64,000 nt of DNA, from NCBI RefSeq assembly GCF_964194155.1, contig NC_135888.1:7192001-7256000 (forward strand), given 5' to 3'. This stretch comes from Cetorhinus maximus. Lineage: Eukaryota. Both the position numbers and the translations under genes were made by a program. The notes under the pieces were generated by a model. The model did not search any database and was not told where the DNA came from. It saw only the letters and a list, made by a program, of their open reading frames with translations. Of this stretch, positions 25,330 through 39,471 are shown one piece after another (positions within the stretch are counted from its first letter, which is position 1; every line of letters begins with the position of its first letter).

Positions 25330-26260
25330 GTACAAAAGCAAAATACTGCTGGAAATCTAAAATAAATCTAAAATACTCAACAGATTAGGCTGCATCTGTG
25401 GAGATAGAAGCAGAATTAACATTTCAGGTTAATGATCTATTGCCTGAACTGGAAAAAGTTAGCAATGTAACAGGCTTTAAGCAAGTACGGAGACAGGAAA
25501 AGGCAGGGCGAGAGTCAGGGAAAGAGCAATAAGGAAGCCCTATGATTGGGTGGAGGACAGATGTGATTAAATGTCAAAGGGATGATAGTGCAAGGCAAAA
25601 GGAAACCGGTGACTATGAGGCTCACTGAACCACAGCTAGATCAGGATTATCGGAAATCTAAAAGCTGATAACTTGTCTATCCTCTTTGCCGGTGCAACAT
25701 CTTGCTGACCAGCAAAGAATAGCATCTCTAGTGGAAAGGTGTGATTTCAAGAATGCTGCACTGCACCTGGGAAGAGAGTGTTGGATGGCATGGTGGCTTC
25801 AAACATTTTTCTCTACCACTTCATAGATATCTGACCTGCTTTCCTATTCAGTTGCCTGGTAAAGATATAAATCAATTTTATTTGTGGAGCCAATGCTTGC
25901 AGTTCTTGTTTCAATATTTAACAGAGCTGCTTCTCAACTTTGCATTTTACTCTTGTGTCTATTGTGTTCAGACCTTCAGTGAACATAAGGACAAACAGGT
26001 TGGAGAACATCCTAGTGAGTCAGCTATTCACAAACCAGGACATGAGAGACCCATAGGGAGAGTGTCCCTAACTGCATACTGTAACTCTCTTCTGTATGTC
26101 CTAGTCACCTTGGAGAAAGATCTTGCGGTGTTCACAGTGCATTTGGAGCCTTCTGTGACTGTCAGACACAGTAGGACATCAACTGTATCTTTGAAAGAAA
26201 TCAAATCACAATTTAACTTTATTATTGAATATCTTAGTTTGAATGGGCCATATGTATGCA
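25330..26260 (-). mobile_element. Degraded Penelope-like fragments
   Basis: PLE 3' hairpin tail at 25330-25460; RT-like RDTLPMG segment. Confidence 0.55.
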
Positions 26261-26603
26261 TGGCATCTTTTTGGTAGCATTGGGTAACCTAGTGCTATGC
26301 TATTGATCCATTTCAAAGTATTCTTAACCTCAATGCTGTGGAATAGCTAACGAGGGGAGAAGGTAAGATACAGAAATCTTGTAGGGAAAAATATTGTGCA
26401 CTAAGTTGCACAATAAATGGTGATCTTTATATGATTATAAAATCTAACAGAGAAGAGGAGGTTGATAATGACATTCTTTATAGAGAACTGTTCAGAAGGG
26501 CTTAAAGACTCATGCCTATTTTCACTGAGAGTGAATTTTAATGTCTTGGCTAAGCAGGAGCAATGTTTGAGTTTGTTCATTTCTCCCCCACCCCTATTTA
26601 TAG

Positions 26604-26755
26604 GCATGCTCTTGTACCAAGAGGGGAGAATCCAGATGTTCGAGTTGGTCATACTCTCACATATATTCCAGATACCTCTGAGAAAGGGAAGGTCATTATA
26701 GTTGGAGGAGCAAACCCCAATGGAAGTTTTTCTGATGCCCATATCTTAGATCTGG
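26604..26755 (+). CDS. RABEPK: RABEPK coding exon 2
   Basis: HALVPRGENPDVRVGHT...KVIIVGGANPNGSFSDAHILDL; AG/GT; phase 2->1. Confidence 0.93.
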
Positions 26756-28022
26756 GTAACAACATTTTTTTCTTTATTTTGTTTGAACTGTTAAAATTGA
26801 AATTTTCAGTATACTAATTTATATTAATACCAAATTCCAGAATTAACTTTGCTGAAGTTTTGTTGTTTTCCCTTCCCTCTACATAAAGCCTAGATTTGCT
26901 ACTGTATTTTAGTAATGTGCCCAGTAAGTTTGTAGAATAAAAAAATTTAAGTGATCTTAGAAGTAACTGGAGAATAGTTTTGGTGAAGGTGGCAACATGT
27001 TGACAACACCAGCTCAGGACCGTGATTCCTCACATTGTGAGTTCACAGTCTCTGTTCTGTCTTTGCATAATTCTCAATTACGGGAAAACCCCAGAAGGTT
27101 AAGGAAAAGAAGCTGGTTGTGTCCAAGTCTTATCACTCTTTGGATGACTGTAGTTTGCTGCAGTAGACTCTTGGTATAGAATGGCACTGTTGGATTTAAA
27201 TACCATCAGTGCTGCTCAGTGACTTCACAATTGATGACCCTAAAATGAGATGCAATTTTAGCTTTTCCTTGAGTGAAACTCTCATTTTAGTGAGGCACAA
27301 CATTAAATGTCACTGCCATGAGGTTCCAAATGTGTTACACTGTTGGGTATAGAAGGCCTGGGCCAAACCCAAGGCCAGTGGATTGCATAGTGAATATTGT
27401 TATTGGCTACTATCAGTTGTGATTGATTTAAGCAACTGTGTACAAAATGTATAAATATTGTAATAATGTATAATATGCGATGTCTAAATTATTTTCAACA
27501 AGAATGTGTCATTAAACTTGTCATTCAAACAGTCACACACATGCTAAACAGATAAGTTCCTCAAAAAGTTGTTAAAGTTTCTTGATAAAGTGTACAAGAC
27601 TCTAGATTGCCTCTGCAACGCCATAGGGTGCTTATCCACTTCTCCAATATAGCGTGTTTGCAAACCTACTCATTATCAACTAATATATGTACAATGGTCC
27701 CATTCTCTTTCTCCTCTATTTCCCTACTTTTGCAACCTTTTTACTTAAGCACCAATTCACTGAGACACCTTTTGCAATGTTTGTTTTTTAGTAGCAGTGT
27801 TTTAATGGCTGGGATCTAGTAATGTAACATTGGGATAATGTGCTAATGATTTCTGTGTTATCAGGCCACGCCTGATGCAATACTAATTGAGCAATCTATT
27901 CCTTCAGTTATTTGTACTGTTGTTAATGCTCGTCAGTTGTACAAGATTTCCTTTTTGAGATTATCTATTTATTGCTTTGTATCCATAGCTGTGCATTGAC
28001 TGATTTTGTTCTTTGTAAATAG

Positions 28023-28175
28023 ACAAACATGAGTGGGATGTACCAGAGTGGAAGGGGTTACTGCCACGATATGAGCACTCCAGCTTTGTTCCAGTGAGCA
28101 GACCTGGTGACCTTTGGCTATTTGGTGGTGCAGATGAATCTGCAAACAGGAACTGTGTCCAAGTTTTAAACTTTG
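28023..28175 (+). CDS. RABEPK: RABEPK coding exon 3
   Basis: KHEWDVPEWKGLLPRYEHSSF...LWLFGGADESANRNCVQVLNF, kelch repeat; 153 nt. Confidence 0.93.
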
Positions 28176-28646
28176 GTAAAATTACATTTGATAACATTGA
28201 TTCCACTGCCATTAGTCTACTACAAACAACTAAACCTTTAGGAGCCTAATAACTGGTATAATGTTAATGTCCTTTTGTGATTTACACACATTAATATTTT
28301 TGAGCAAGAAGACACCTGAGTGCTGATAAGGAGTTTTTTATACATTCCCTCAAAATTCCATTCAGTATTATAAAGTAGTTATTTGGTAAGAAAAGTATAA
28401 TTGTGTGATAGACCTTTAATCTTTGCTTAGCAGTATTTTTATATTGTTAAATCAGATTAATTTGTAAATTGCATTTTTCACATGGAATTAAATATATGTG
28501 TGCTACTAGTGCAGTAAACAAACTTTTGTAATTTTTGAATAGAAGAAAAATTGCCCAAATGGTGGTCTTGGTTCAAAAATTAATAAACTTGTAATAAAAA
28601 AATGCTGCAAATACAAAGGTCAGTCAATACCTGAAAGAGAAAGGTT

Positions 28647-29349
28647 AATGGGCCAGAATTTGCTGTCAAAATAATAGTGAGTTTATCGCACATAGCATTT
28701 TCTCCGTGTAAATAACTCAGCAATGTATGGCATGAAGAGATACTCCCGGAGTTGCGAATAGTCACATTGCTGGACGATTTGCACTGCTTCACCATTAACC
28801 ATGCAAGATGATAGCCCACCATCTGTGCATTTCAAGAAATTGTTGCATTTGCCCTGTTAAAACAAATTAAACTCACCATTAGACAGTTAGGGCTGGTAAG
28901 GCCCCGTTTAAGGATGAGATTTATGTTCCCGCAATGCCCCTTAACCTCCCTGTCCCAGAAAGTGAATGACAGAAAATATGGAATTTCACTCCTACAGGTG
29001 GTAAATTTTTCTTGGAGCTTTTTAAAATTTACAATTTTTACATCCCTTTTTCTATATTTTCTCATTTAATCCAATCTTTTGTTCCCTTCTCTATTTCTCT
29101 CTTTGTACCAAATTTCACTTTTAATTCACCGAGATGCCTCCTCCATTGCCATCTGAATCCCTATACCCTTATTGGTTAAGCTAAGTTGTTTGTCCTGTTG
29201 CTAAGGTCCCAGATGCCCACTGACCTCACATCAGCTCATATTTCCAGCATTTTGGAGTACAAGTGTTTTTCAAGCTGATGGGCAAGGAACAAAATCTACC
29301 ACACGGGGCACACTGAAAGATACCCTGCTCCAGTAATTTCTGGGCCATT
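28647..29349. mobile_element. Non-autonomous DNA transposon (PIF/Harbinger-like MITE)
   Basis: Imperfect TIRs AATGGGCCAGAATTTGCTG / CAGTAATTTCTGGGCCATT (16/19 match). Confidence 0.6.
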
Positions 29350-29712
29350 GTGTTGAATGTAACTCTTCATCAAATAGAAATCCGTCCATATCAGGAAGAT
29401 TCCAGTTTAAGCAGAGGTAGATAGCCACAGTGGGAACTGCTACAAGTGACCACAGAGCCCCATTGTAAAGGGAGGTAAAAACTGCCAGGGTTCCCACTTC
29501 CGACTGCTATCCAGTGACTCTAGCTGGAAGCGCAGTTGAGTTATTTTTTTTAACACATGCCCTCTATTGAGCTGTATGTTAGTTGCACTCATTTTAATTG
29601 AATACTAATATCTTTTATTAAAGCATCAATACAAAGTACAAACTTGAACTCAAAAATGATTATTTTTGATCAGACATAATGTTGTTGTTGCTGTGTGTAC
29701 TGTCTAAACCAG

Positions 29713-29874
29713 AAACTGGAGTGTGGAGAAGCCCAGCAGTAAATGGTACTCCACCAACACCCCGAACATGTCATGGCTCTACTGCAGCTATTGGAGATTG
29801 CCTCTATGTTTTTGGTGGTGGGGATAAAGGAGCAGAACCTGTACAAGATACACAACTCCATGTGTTTAATAAAG
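29713..29874 (+). CDS. RABEPK: RABEPK coding exon 4
   Basis: TGVWRSPAVNGTPPTPRTCHGSTAAIGDCLYVFGGGDKGAEPVQDTQLHVFNK; 162 nt. Confidence 0.93.
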
Positions 29875-30730
29875 GTACAAATAAACAGCTTAAGAGATTT
29901 GAAGTAATGCTGACCTTGAGGCTGAATTATTATACCCAAGTCATAGGGAATTGAGAAAATTGAGACTGGAGGTAGTGAGGGTATCAGTGTCAGTGGAGGC
30001 AAGGAACAGGTTTTGGCAAAGTAAAGTGTATGTTATGGCCAAGATATGGGGTCAACACAGTTGAACAAGCCATCCAAGATAGAAACGAGAACTTGGATTT
30101 GTATAGCACCTTTCACATTTGCAGGATACCCAGAACACTTCATCGCTCATGAATTACTTTTTAGATGCAGTGACTACCGCTTTGTAGCAAAGTGTTGTAG
30201 CCAGATTGTGTGCAAGGTTTCGCGAACAAATGTTCACTGGTTGGCACCTCTGACAATGAAGCACCCTTCATTACTCATATGCTGGGTTTGGACTTCAATC
30301 TAAAACCTTTTGACTTGAGAGGCAAAACTGCTGCCAGTGAACTAAGGTGATGGTGGTGAATGTCTCCCAGGACTTAGTGTGTATCTTCCCTGCTTAAAGG
30401 TGATTACTGCATCTGCAAATGCTGTGTTAGTCCCTTGCCAGAGGATAAGTAAGCAACTTGCTTCCAGAAATTTATTGCTGCTACTTTAGCCTGCTGCTGG
30501 GATCACTTATCTATCTTTGAGGCTGCAACTGTGCAGCATTTGTTCACTTCCTTTTACCATTAGTGAAGGACAGAAACTCACTTTACAGGCATCATGGCAC
30601 CAGTATACTGCTCCATCATGGCATGAGAGAATCCAAATATTGAAAATGCCACAGATAAATTGTCAATATTTAGTCATTAACAATCTTTTCTCCCCATGAA
30701 AATGCTAATGCAAATTTATCTACTTTTTAG

Positions 30731-30880
30731 CCACACTTAGCTGGTCACAGCAATCAACAGAAGGAAAACCACCAGCCCCAAGACATGGCCATGTGATGGT
30801 TGCTGTAGATAGCAAATTATACATCCACGGAGGATTAGCAGGGGAAAATTTTTTTAACGATATGTATTTAATTGATACAG
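30731..30880 (+). CDS. RABEPK: RABEPK coding exon 5
   Basis: TLSWSQQSTEGKPPAPRHGHVMVAVDSKLYIHGGLAGENFFNDMYLIDT; 150 nt. Confidence 0.93.
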
Positions 30881-31320
30881 GTAAGTCTTGTACATACGTT
30901 TACTTTTTAAGTTATGAAAAATTATGGTTGTAGCAATCCTTTTTGTTAGTCGAAGTATTTTGGAAACTTTGCAGTCTTGATTTAAGGAATTATGCACAAG
31001 TAGTGGCTAGTTACAGAAAAGTACAGGATGAGGACAGAGCAGGTTGGCTGGTTGTTCTCATCAGACTCGCAATCATCCTTAGTACTAGGGAACCTAAAGG
31101 AGGGGGACATTTAGAAAGAGAGAGATTACATATGATGAAGGAATTGATTACTCAATTCAAAGAAAAAGAAACTGGAGGAAATAAGAGGATTGCTACAATA
31201 AAGTGCTTGGAGCCTGACCTGACAGCAAAATATTCACAATTTAAAAAAATGCATTCAGTAAAATTCTAGATATATTCTAGAAGAAATTTTCATTGTATAA
31301 TATCTGATGTACAGCTCCAG

Positions 31321-31470
31321 TTAACATGAGATGGATAAAAGTAAAAATGAAGGGTGACATCCCAGGAGGCCGTGCAGCTCACTCTGCATTCTCCCATGGA
31401 AAGTACATCTTCATCTTTGGTGGTATGGATGTCACAGGAGCATTGAACACCATGTATAAGTATCATGTTG
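31321..31470 (+). CDS. RABEPK: RABEPK coding exon 6
   Basis: NMRWIKVKMKGDIPGGRAAHSAFSHGKYIFIFGGMDVTGALNTMYKYHV; 150 nt. Confidence 0.92.
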
Positions 31471-31610
31471 GTAGGTGCTTTCAATTCCTTCTGTATCTTA
31501 AGGTTCTGTGATGGGGTTGTTCATTTGAAAATCTATCCAGCAACAGACCAATCCCAATAATTTATTTTAATCTGTTAAAATGAGCCACATTTGATTTTCA
31601 ATAAACTTCA

Positions 31611-32090
31611 TGGGCTGGATTTTACCATCAGCGAGCGGGGGCAGGGCCCGCTCGTCGACGCATAAAATGACGTGCGGTGATGTCAGGCGAAACTCCCGAC
31701 GTCACCATGCTCCATTTAAATTTTCAGGAAAGCGGGGGCGCAGCAAGAATCAGCTGCACGCCAGCTGACCTGTCATTAGCCAATTGAGGCCATTGACAGA
31801 GCAATTAAAGTAATTAGTGGACCTGCCCGTCCAACCTTAAGGTTGGCGGGCAGGCCAGGAGCCCCGGCGGGAAGTAGAAAAAACATGAAACCTCATCCAC
31901 AAGCGGGATGAGGTTTCATGTAGGGTTTTGAAAATTTTAATAAAGTTTTTGAATGTTACGAACATGTCCCAACACATGACATTGTCACTTGAGGGGACAT
32001 GTAAGGGAAATTTTCCTTTTTTCTATTTTTAATATTTTTGAAAGTAGAGGTTCAGCCCCATAAGTGGCCTCTCCTTGGAAAGTAAAAATC
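31611..32090. mobile_element. CpG-rich Harbinger-like non-autonomous element
   Basis: Begins GGGCTGGATTTTAC, similar to the 60527 terminus; abrupt GC shift within an intron. Confidence 0.55.
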
Positions 32091-32214
32091 TCAAAGTGTG
32101 CGTTTGCCTGGTTACATAATCTGCACAATTATCTCATTATTGGACGTCCAAAATTTCAGTGTAAGTAATCAAATGCAAATCAGACTTTTTTTGTTATCAG
32201 TAGAAGTAGATGAT

Positions 32215-32550
32215 ACTTGCCTTTATTAGCCAAGGCATAGAAAAAAGAGCAGCGAGGTTATGCTGGAACTTAGCCACAGCTAAGAGTATTGAGTGCAGTT
32301 CTGGAATCCACGTTATAGGAAGGATGTGATTGCACTAGTGTGAGTACAGAGGAGATTTACCAGGATGTTGCCTCGGCTGGAGAGTTTTAGTTATGAGGAG
32401 AGATTAGGTAGACTGGGGTTATTTTCCTTGGAGCAGAAATTGAGGGGGGACATGATTGAGGTGTACAAAATTGAGGGGCATAGATAGCGTAGATAAGAAG
32501 GAACTTTTCCCCTTGGTGGAGGGATCAATAACCAGGGGGCATAGATGTAG
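32215..32550 (+). mobile_element. CR1 fragment
   Basis: LRGIDSVDKKELFPLVEGSITRGHR. Confidence 0.8.
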
Positions 32551-33169
32551 ATCTCTGACTATTCCAGAAATATTACTTATGTTACAAAGGGGGTGCCACA
32601 TTGATTTACATTGGCCTGGTTTTCTACAATTGTATGTAATTTTAAAATTCAAATATTAAACAGTTTTGGTTGCTATTTCTACTGGGCAATTTATTTTTCA
32701 TCTTTCTCTGCCATATTAGTACATTTTGTAAAAAAAATCCACCCTTAAATACCCCTGCTCCCCATGCAGTTCACAACAGGGCACTAGACAACCTGTTCCC
32801 AGGTATCTGCCAATACTGGTTTGTAACCAGTTGTTAAAAATATTCACAGTATATTACATGCACAGGATGACTAATTCCATGACAAGTTAACTTTAAGTAG
32901 ACCTGTTAAACACAGGAGTATTAAAATGAAAGGCATACTTGAGTCAGCCACAACCTTATTCATGTGTATGTTAGTTTCAAATATGCCTTTTTTTTTGGAA
33001 AACATTTGTTTCCTTCTTGCAGAAGCTAGCTTAAGTACTATTGCTTTGTCCACTTCCACACCTGAAATAAAAGTCCACTTAAGTTCTCCTATATTCCTTC
33101 AAGTACACTGCTGTTTTATGATCCTCTTTAGAAGTTTCACTTCAACTTGTTTAATTTTACTTTTTACAG

Positions 33170-33498
33170 AAACAAATTGCTGGACACTGCTAGAATTTGA
33201 TTCCCCTCTGCCGGCAGGACGACTGGATCACGCCATGTGTGTTATACCCTGGAAAATAAGAGAATATGAAACTTCAACTCCTGCGACAAATGATAGTGAT
33301 GGACAATCAGATAAGGTGAACACACGTGAGGAATCTAACAAGCAAAGTGGGACTGAGGGAAATCTTACTCAAAGGAATTGTTCAGTGGTTCAAAATCAAA
33401 CAGAGAGCATTGTGAATCTGTGCTTGATATTTGGTGGTATGGATACTCAAGGGGGGATTTATAATGACTCTTTTGTCACAGTAATTGATGGCTATTAA
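33170..33498 (+). CDS. RABEPK: RABEPK last coding exon (total CDS 1149 nt, 382 aa)
   Basis: TNCWTLLEFDSPLPAGRLDHAMCVIPW...LCLIFGGMDTQGGIYNDSFVTVIDGY*. Confidence 0.93.
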
Positions 33499-35687
33499 TT
33501 GCATTCTCTAGGTCTTGTATCAGGCACACTGCTGTATTCACTATATAGTTGGAAAGTGGAGGACTGGTAAGATAGTGCATAGACTCTTGACAAAAGTCAT
33601 GTTGCCAAATCAAAGTACAGTAGATACTTGTATCTGGAGCCTACCACTCTCCCTACAGATGCTGTCAAGTGTTTCCAGCAGTTCTTTTGATGTTGCCAAT
33701 TTTTTTTAACATCACTGTTCTGATTCAAGTGCCCATTTAACTAGACAGGAACTTTAATGGAACCTATGCAATTATATATAAACACTCTCATTGTCAAATC
33801 ATGGCCATAAATGTACTTCAAAATTTCCAGACTGTCCAGTTAAAGCCTTCCAATTTCAATGAAGTGAGATAACTACAAGCATAAAAATTTAGTGGAGCTC
33901 AATGGTAGAGAATCTACTATGCAAGTTATTTGAAAAAGCTCTAGTTTGACTCTCACACTCAAGCTACCAGCACCTCCAATGATTGTGAAGGTGTCATCTT
34001 GTGTTGCAGGGTGTTATCACACTAAATTCCTTTAACCTTATAAAGGTTTCTCAGAGTACTCCATTCAGGCATATAAGGCCTGTAGCTTTTATCCATAAAA
34101 GCATAGAAAAATTAACCTTCAGGAAATTTTACATGCCTGCATGATTTATACAATAAATGAGAATTTTTGTATTTCATTATATGCTGCCCTCAGTTTAAAG
34201 CTATTCCAATTTAAGATACAGCTGAAAAATCTAACTTTTAAAATCACATACAGCAGTACATCAAAGAATCATTAGAACACACAATACCAAAAAGCAAAAT
34301 TCCAAGATATTGTGCATATATTGAAATGGAGATTTAAAAAAAAGTTGTACATGTTTATATTTTAAAGTTAGTTAAAATAAAATCAAAATTGATTATAAAA
34401 GTTGCTCAACTGTACATCCTAAATTTTTGTTCATATGCCTTTGTGTTGTCCACATGTATTTACTATTGTTGGTGTTGATACTGGAGTAATTCATGCTGTA
34501 TCCTAGTAAGCATTAGGTACAATAAATTTATCATTCGGTAACCTGATGAGCTAGTGGCAGTACTTTTCAGAAAGTAATGTCAGAAAACAAGCAGTCTATG
34601 GTGTTCATTCATCTGTGATGAGAAATCTAGGATACAAGATTTCCCCTTACAGCTCCTGGAATAAAGAGATTAATGAAATCTCTCAGCACCATTTTCTAAA
34701 TTATTCCTTCAAATTTATGCTGGGTTAAGTAGTCACATTAAAAATGTTGTATTCACAGTAATTGTCGTGTTAAATGCTAGAATTAGTGGGTGAAATCTCA
34801 TTTGAAAAATAGCACCCATTACATGTTCTTCCAATAGGCTTAACTCAACAACTTTGAAAAATCCCAATACTACTTGACTTCCAGGTGTCCAAATGTTGGA
34901 TTCTGTAAGAACTGAAATAGAGCAAATTGCATTGATGATCCACTTCAACAGTAGTTTCCCTTCACTAACATTCATTTTTTTAAACTGTCTGGCACTTAAC
35001 TGGAGCATTGCCTGGCCTAGCAGCAAATTAGTTACCTGTGAAATATCTGGATAAAAGTCTCTTCCCAACCTCCAAACCTGGAAAAACAAACCAGGACAAA
35101 GGATAACATCACTGACCTAATCCATAATTTCTAAAAACTCATTTGGCATTCAAGTTTGAAAGATGAAAGAAATGTGCAGAAATAATGCACTTACCTCAAT
35201 TTGTTCCACACGTGTTATACTTCAGGCAAGACACAAGGTTCAACATTGACTGTTTAATTTGTTTGATCCCTCAATGAGCAAACCTAATTGAGTAGTCAAG
35301 TTCATCCAACTTTGATGTACTTGTGCTTTATTACTGCAGGTTGTTTTATTGGAAAAAAGTTGGGCAATTCAGTATCTTGTATTTGAAATACATCCTGGTT
35401 TAGACTTTTCTAAACAAGTTTAATTCAGAGCAAAACATTAAATGGTCAAGACTGTCATTGATTTAATCAATTAGTGGTACAGTATGCAATCCTCTCATCC
35501 CATTCAAGTCAATATGCCTTATGCATATACCATTTAAAGAGTATAAATGGTGCATGTGGAATTCAAGTGAACACTACCAGAGCAAATATTAATTTCATAC
35601 CCTGAACAGCAGGACATATTTTAGTCACAGCACTTTTTCAAATATCTACATCCTTAAGACAAGGAAATGTTTGTATCAAACATAACA

Positions 35688-35693
35688 TTTATT
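35688..35693 (-). terminator. Candidate HSPA5 polyadenylation signal (others at 35327 and 35345)
   Basis: AATAAA on the minus strand ~310 nt past the stop. Confidence 0.5.
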
Positions 35694-36005
35694 GGTCAAT
35701 ACAGTAGAAAATGTTTTCTACACTTACACAGACCAAACAAGGGATTTCAAATAAATAGAAAAATGTGTTGTGTACTTGGAGAACATCGTATTCATACCCT
35801 TGACAACTGATATCTCCCAATCCAGTTCTCCCTCTGGATAGTTCATGCTGAAACTGCAATGGAAAGTACTGAGCCTTTTAGAATGTTCAGTCCACTCAAG
35901 TGAAAATTGTGCACATACATTCAAGAATTAAGTCCTTATCATTCAGATAATTCTTTCCGAAACAGTCCACTATTTACAAAATTAACATTTTAACGGGTCC
36001 TTTGA

Positions 36006-36568
36006 TTACAATTCATCCTTTTCAGTCTCCTCTTCCTCTTCTGGAGGGGATCCACCTGCACTTCCATACAGCTTACTAACAATTGGCTGAACAATCTCTT
36101 CAAGTTCCTTCTTCTTAGCTTTGAAGTCTTCTATATCAGAATCTTGGTGACTTTCAAGCCATTCAATTTTTTCCTCCACAGCTTTCTCTATAGTTTCTTT
36201 GTCCTCTGTTGACAGCTTACCACCAAGTTTCTCTTTATCACCAATCTGGTTCTTCAGAGAATAAGCATAGCTTTCTAGGTCATTTCTGGCATCGATACGT
36301 TCTTTAAGTTTTTGATCCTCTTCAGCAAATTTCTCTGCATCGATCACCATCCTCTCAATTTCTTCTGGGGTCAGACGGTTCTGGTCATTTGTAATGGTGA
36401 TTTTGTTTTTATTTCCAGTGCCTTTGTCTTCAGCTGTAACACGTAGGATTCCATTTACATCTATTTCAAATGTTACTTCAATCTGGGGAACACCACGAGG
36501 TGCTGGAGGAATACCAGTTAGATCAAAGGTACCAAGAAGATGGTTATCTTTGGTCAGTGGACGCTCAC
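36006..36568 (-). CDS. HSPA5: ER chaperone BiP/GRP78, last exon (total CDS 1953 nt, 650 aa)
   Basis: [33 protein letters not shown]...ETEKDEL*; C-terminal KDEL; 563 nt. Confidence 0.97.
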
Positions 36569-36975
36569 CTACAAAGGCAAGAACAATGTAAGCCTTAAGT
36601 TGCATTGCTAAAGTTGTTGTTTTCAAAAGTTAAAGTTTTATACGTTGAACCATATGGAGCAGCTTGTACTAAAAGTGGTAAAGTTCACTGCAGTCTAAAG
36701 TTACAGGAATCCACAAAGATCATGGAACTCCAATTAACTTGCATCTTAAGTATGACAAAAGATGGGTAGCACAAAAGCTAGAATTTAGTCAGGTAAGCCT
36801 TAATATGGCTCAATGCCTGCTACAAATCAGTTCAGCACCATTCCTTTGATTGAACACTAGACACACTCTGGAATGAATAGAAAGGCAACAGTTCCTTGTA
36901 GAATTCTGTCAGCAGGATCAATGTGACAAAATAAGAAAAAAATAACTGGCAAGGATAAATCAAGCTGCAACCTAC

Positions 36976-37143
36976 CTTCATACACCTTAATGGTCACAGT
37001 AGGTTGATTGTCAGAAGCAGTTGAGAATATTTGAGACTTTTTGGTTGGGACCACTGTGTTACGTGGGATTAGCTTGGTCATGACACCACCAACAGTTTCA
37101 ATTCCAAGAGTCAGGGGGCAAACATCCAGAAGAACAAGATCAC
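36976..37143 (-). CDS. HSPA5: HSPA5 coding exon 8
   Basis: [55 protein letters not shown]; 168 nt. Confidence 0.96.
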
Positions 37144-37239
37144 CTAATTTTAGATCCAAGAAGAAAGCAGTTAGGAAACAAAATTAATTTTGGAATCAGT
37201 GAAGTCAAGAAGTTAATCTTGTGCATACCCACACTTTTA

Positions 37240-37509
<270 letters not shown>

Positions 37510-38046
37510 TCAAGAGGATATTTAGTCTGCCTTACTGTCACTGATTAAATGCACTTAGTTTTGCATCTTAGTTTTCAAAGAACTGAAAATAGCAAGCTTT
37601 ATTCTATAATGGAATAAAATGTAATTAAGCAAGCATGACCAAATTACCAATTGTACAGGTAATGGTCTAAATTCTCCATCAAGAATTATGAACACTATTC
37701 AAGTCCCAGGTAATCAACCAACTCCAAATATACTCAATTTTCAATAGACAAGAGTAATTGATTGCACAAGTCCCCCATCGTTGCCAAATTAGTGTTCTAT
37801 CTTGTTCATAAGACAATGCAATACATTATGAGGAGATGACACCTCTCAGCCCCTGCCTTAAAATAGGAGGAAGTCAATCTTCAGTGTGGCTTGCTTTCAT
37901 TACTGCAATTTTCAGCATCAAAACATTATTCATGTATTTTTCAATGTTATCACTGTCCAAAGAACAAATGTCAACTAAAAATGGATTGTCCAACTGTTGA
38001 TTTAGATTGGAACTAAACAAGAGCCAAATGCAGAGTATTTACTCAC

Positions 38047-38282
38047 CATATTCAATTCTTCAAACTTTGCACGTGTTAAAGTTTCAGAGAAATCCTCACC
38101 CTCAAAGAACGATTCAATTTCAATTCTAGCCTGATGTTGGGCAGACAAACCACGTTTGGCTTTTTCAACTTCACGGCGAAGCTTCTGCATGGCTCGGTTA
38201 TCCTTCCGGACATCTTTTCCAGTTTTCTTTTTGTACAACTTCATGAAGTGCTCCATCACACGCTGGTCAAAATCTTCACCAC
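38047..38282 (-). CDS. HSPA5: HSPA5 coding exon 6
   Basis: [19 protein letters not shown]...[10 protein letters not shown]; 236 nt. Confidence 0.96.
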
Positions 38283-38312
38283 CTAATTAAAAATCATTTG
38301 TTTAAATTATCA

Positions 38313-38621
<309 letters not shown>

Positions 38622-38666
38622 TCATTCAACATTTACTATAGCAAATAATGCCAGTGAAAATACTCA

Positions 38667-38780
<114 letters not shown>

Positions 38781-39336
38781 CTACAGAAGGTCAAATGAAG
38801 TTATTTTACCAAATAAATAGTAGTGTGTGAAGTTTCAGTTGAGAGATTTTACAAGTGCCAGGGATGTTTAAGTTTTTTATCCTCCACTCAGACAATGAGA
38901 TATTAAGACTTGTAGCAATTTAATTGGTCATCATGGAAAGGCAACAAAGTCAATTAGCAAGGACAGATCATCAAGCCAATCCCCTCAAGCAGGGTGTGAC
39001 TGACAATATTCAGTCAATTATAATTCTATATCTTCATTGAACAAGCTCAAATTGGGGTCAAGTTCCTTAAACATTTGGGCCTATCAAGTTTCTACAAGCC
39101 TTGGAAGTATTTCTTCTGTACCTGCAGCATTTGCTAGTGGTTTTCAAATACAAAATCTCAGTAGGTAGGAAAATGCTGAAATGATCTGTCATCCAGTTGA
39201 GGAGCCTCCTAAACAGTTTGAATTTGCTTCAGGATGCAACATGAGTAGCTTTACATATAATGATGAAGTGGAGATCACAGTGCAAACATGTATGTGTCTA
39301 TTTAGGTTATAAACTGAGAATATCAACTGGAAATAC

Positions 39337-39471
39337 CTTCTTGCCAAGGTAAGCCTCAGCAGTTTCTTTCATCTTGGTCAACACCATTGCAGAAATCTCC
39401 TCTGGAGCGAAAGTTTTGACCTCGCCCGAGACGTCAAGTTGGACATGGGGCTTGTTCTTCTTTTCAATGAC
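39337..39471 (-). CDS. HSPA5: HSPA5 coding exon 3
   Basis: [45 protein letters not shown]; 135 nt. Confidence 0.96.

Noticed and set aside
32926-33169. N-terminal part of the 190-aa ORF
   Set aside because: Intronic open frame upstream of the acceptor at 33169
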